Assembly (NCBI GenBank): GCA_030141605.1
Contig: JAQGDQ010002423.1
Location: 1-51,788, forward strand
Direction: 5' to 3'
DNA length: 51,788 nt
DNA from: Tubiluchus corallicola
Taxonomy: Eukaryota; Animalia; Priapulida
The position numbers were made by a program, and so were the translations under genes. The notes beneath the pieces were generated by a model that saw nothing but the letters and a program-made list of their open reading frames with translations, did not search any database and had not been told where the DNA came from. Shown here piece after piece: positions 48,903-51,788 of the stretch. How positions within the stretch are numbered: the stretch's first letter is position 1; each line of letters opens with the position of its first letter.

Positions 48903-51128
48903 TTAATTTCTCTTAGCTTCATTTTCTATGTGAGCAAGTAGTTGTTGGGCTTGTTGGTGATTTAATTTCATCATTTTTTGTGCATAGACTTTGGCTTTGG
49001 GGTAGTTTTTTTGTCCTATAAATACAAAGGCGAGAGAATTGAGCAAGTCTATAGAATTAGGGTTTATTTCCAATCCTTTTAACAAGGCTTTTTCTGCTTC
49101 ATTGTATTTTTTTATAGTAAGATAACATACACCAAGGTTGTAATATACGCGTGGATAGTTTTCTAAAAGTGTTGCTGCTGTTTTAAAGGTGTTTATAGCT
49201 TGTTCATATTGTTTTTCTTCTCCATATAGCATTCCCAGCGAGTAATAGGCTTCTCCATTGTGTGGTTCTATTTCTATGATGGTTTTTAGTTGCTGTTTGG
49301 CTTCTGTATTTCGATTGGTTTTGTTGTATAATACTGATAGGTTCATACGTGCGGGTATAAATAGGCTGTCCATTGCTATGGCAGTTTTGTATGCTTTTTC
49401 TGCTTCTGGGTATTTACTTAGTTTTTCGTTGTAAATGCCTATGTTCATTTGCCCCGTCTGAAAGTCAGCATTGATGTTAAGATGTGTAAGATACTCTTGT
49501 TCTGCTTTTTTCCAATACTCCAAGTCTTCGTTGTTAAGATTGGATATGTTGATGGTTGTAAGCAGTTCTGCTGCTTTTATTCTTATGCTTTTTATACTGT
49601 CTTTAAGCATTGGAAGGGCAAAGGGTACTAAGTCGTTGAGAGGCAGTATGTCTAATGCTTGTAGGGCGTGTAGCCTTACGAGGGGATGCTCGTCTTGTAA
49701 GGTGTGGTTCACAATGGGAATATAGGTGCTGTCTATGTAGTTTCTAAGATATTCTAAGGCAGTAGCTCTAGTAATGGCTGGCTGTTGTTGGTCTAATATG
49801 TGTTTTCTTATTTCTTCTCCTGCATTGGGTTGGTAGGTGATAGCTGCTGATAGTACATCGGCATAATTATGACTGGGCTTTTTGCCGTACCATTTTTCTA
49901 TGGCATTGGCAGCCCATTGTGCCGTTTCTTGCTTTTTTGTGTGGCATTGGTTACAAGCGTTGGGCATCCCATATTTGGCGGATAGGTCAGGGCGTGGCAC
50001 TCTAAAACTGTGGTCTCTACGGTAGTCGTTTACCATATAGTACTTTCCATCCATATGACAATTAATACATAGTGAAGCATCGGTGTTTGCTTTGTGTTTG
50101 TGGTGTGTGGGACTGTCGTATCTTTCGGGTATGTGGCATTTGGCACACAGGTCGTTAGTGTTTTTTTCTAACAATGCATAAGTATGTGGATGATGGCAGT
50201 CTATACAAGTAACATTTGTGTGATACATTTTACTTTGCAAAAACGAACCATAGACATATACTTCAGAGAGTATTTGCCCATCGGGATAATAGAGGTTTTC
50301 TCTAAGGATGCTTGGGATATAATGATCCATAAACTTGCCTGTGAAGTCATAGTGTGGAGTAATTTGTGAGCGGAAGGAGTGACATCTGGCACAGTTATCT
50401 ACAAACTGTTTATTATCACCTTCTTTGAAAGTTACAGGGATACCCATTTGCGAAGAGGTTAATGTTCCTATATCCTTGTATTTATGAGCATTAGCTACGT
50501 GTATGGAGGAAGGACCGTGACAAGATTCACAAGCAACATTTATTTCATACCACGTGGTATTGTAACTTAAGTTGTGTGGGTCTAAGTTTTTTTTCAACTC
50601 TGTGGAGTGGCAATCAGCACACATCATATTCCAGTTCTGAGCCTGTTTTGTCCAATGTAGCCAATCGTGATGTTCTATTTTTCTTTCTTCCAGTTCGTAA
50701 AGGTGAAACCACTTATTGGAATCGCTGTCCCACGCAGCAGCAAGACACTGCAACTTTCCGTCAGGAAATTGAATAAGATATTGCTGTAATGGGGTGAAAC
50801 CAAAGGTGTAATCTATTTTATATTCTTCATAGTCGCCATATGTACCTACTGTTCTGACGTAATAGCTGGTATCTTGTTTATAAAAATAAAATGTGTCATT
50901 TCTGTATACAAAGCTGGAATTATTGAAATCGCCTATAACTGTTTTTTCATTGGCTGTTTCCATTGACCTGTAATGGTGTGAGGTAAGCCATTCTTCATAT
51001 TCTTTTTGATGACATTCTACACAACTTTTTGTTCCTGCATATTGTGGAGTGTTGTTTTGTGTTTCGTTGTTACAACTATTTGATAAAATAATAAGGATTA
51101 AAAAAAGGGGGAATAAATAAAGTTTCAT
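48903..51128 (-). CDS. Multiheme c-type cytochrome lipoprotein with HEAT and TPR repeats
   Basis: Lipobox LSNSC, eight CxxCH motifs, RRDHSFRVPRPDL and C-terminal TPRs. Confidence 0.9.
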   Translation of the reverse strand: MKLYLFPLFLILIILSNSCNNETQNNTPQYAGTKSCVECHQKEYEEWLTSHHYRSMETANEKTVIGDFNNSSFVYRNDTFYFYKQDTSYYVRTVGTYGDYEEYKIDYTFGFTPLQQYLIQFPDGKLQCLAAAWDSDSNKWFHLYELEERKIEHHDWLHWTKQAQNWNMMCADCHSTELKKNLDPHNLSYNTTWYEINVACESCHGPSSIHVANAHKYKDIGTLTSSQMGIPVTFKEGDNKQFVDNCARCHSFRSQITPHYDFTGKFMDHYIPSILRENLYYPDGQILSEVYVYGSFLQSKMYHTNVTCIDCHHPHTYALLEKNTNDLCAKCHIPERYDSPTHHKHKANTDASLCINCHMDGKYYMVNDYRRDHSFRVPRPDLSAKYGMPNACNQCHTKKQETAQWAANAIEKWYGKKPSHNYADVLSAAITYQPNAGEEIRKHILDQQQPAITRATALEYLRNYIDSTYIPIVNHTLQDEHPLVRLHALQALDILPLNDLVPFALPMLKDSIKSIRIKAAELLTTINISNLNNEDLEYWKKAEQEYLTHLNINADFQTGQMNIGIYNEKLSKYPEAEKAYKTAIAMDSLFIPARMNLSVLYNKTNRNTEAKQQLKTIIEIEPHNGEAYYSLGMLYGEEKQYEQAINTFKTAATLLENYPRVYYNLGVCYLTIKKYNEAEKALLKGLEINPNSIDLLNSLAFVFIGQKNYPKAKVYAQKMMKLNHQQAQQLLAHIENEAKRN

Positions 51129-51225
51129 AGATTATATCTGTATAATTAAATCAATGGCAAATGTATATAATTTTTCCTCAATTTTCTTGTGCTAAGAAGG
51201 TGAAAAAACAAGAATAAGAATAAAA

Positions 51226-51388
51226 AAGTAACTATATATATAAAATTGCACTACTTTTTTTACCTTAACTACCTATTGCACTATCCTTAGTATGCTTTGT
51301 TGTAGAAAGTTAATAATTAGCAAGGAACGCTAAAAAATAGCTGCCTGTCTGTACTATTAAATTAGCATAAAATTGCATATAGTTACCT
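51226..51388. mobile_element. About 160-bp MITE-like element (second copy)
   Basis: Ends AAGTAACTATATA and TGCATATAGTTACCT; patchy internal similarity to the reverse complement of 6794-6955. Confidence 0.45.
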
Positions 51389-51525
51389 GAAAAGATATTT
51401 TACCTTATTCATAAAAGAATAACTTATATTAGTTTATGGTTTTTTGCATAAACAGCATTTTTATCTAAATTTGTAAAATCATTACTTAACCGTAAAAAGA
51501 AATGTTATATCTATATTAGATTCTT

Positions 51526-51788
51526 ATGGTCAATAAACTTAGACACCTTACTAAGAAATTTCGAAAACTGTTTTATAAAAGAAAACTTAAAGCCTATAAC
51601 TTCGATACTGCAAAGTCTATTGGTATTGTAGCAAATGTTGAAACATCAGAAGATGCAGTCATTATTGAGAATTTTATAGATGAGCTAAAACAGCAAACAA
51701 AAACAAGAATAAAAGCATTAGGATATGTTAAAGGAAAAAAAGAATTGCCAGCAACAAGTAAAAACATAAAACTAATAACAGATAAAGA
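51526..51788 (+). CDS. Conserved Bacteroidota hypothetical protein (DUF6913-like), runs off the window
   Basis: Open frame from ATG 51526: ...KAYNFDTAKSIGIV...IKALGYV... Confidence 0.55.
   Translation, partial: MVNKLRHLTKKFRKLFYKRKLKAYNFDTAKSIGIVANVETSEDAVIIENFIDELKQQTKTRIKALGYVKGKKELPATSKNIKLITDK

Overview
This is an AT-rich Bacteroidota (probably Bacteroidales/Marinilabiliales-like) chromosomal window with one assembly gap (N 3636-4403). The flanks carry housekeeping genes (recR and alaS, both cut by the gap, then kdsB, a KdnA-like aminotransferase, parE, parC, aroK, secDF, elbB, proA and an octaheme TPR lipoprotein), plus a dead IS256, small MITEs and several pseudogenes. The centre (about 23.1-46.5 kb) derives from a Mu-like transposable prophage that has lost genes selectively. 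The repressor is intact. Cro and the transposase are stubs. Large terminase, portal and head morphogenesis genes are absent, and the major capsid gene is a truncated pseudogene. The contractile tail module (sheath, tube, frameshifted chaperone, short tape measure, hub, spike, wedge) and the lysis genes are largely retained. Receptor-binding genes have been expanded to four and moved out of the tail operon. Two of them are each bracketed by their own near-identical pair of long-hairpin direct repeats, and a third repeat pair brackets the whole block, which also carries a GT87 glycosyltransferase broken by an 8-bp duplication. The best reading is a candidate headless R-type tailocin with a modular tail-fibre cassette array. 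One in-frame stop in the gp25/gp46-like baseplate gene argues for caution. All family assignments come from motif recognition, not database searches.
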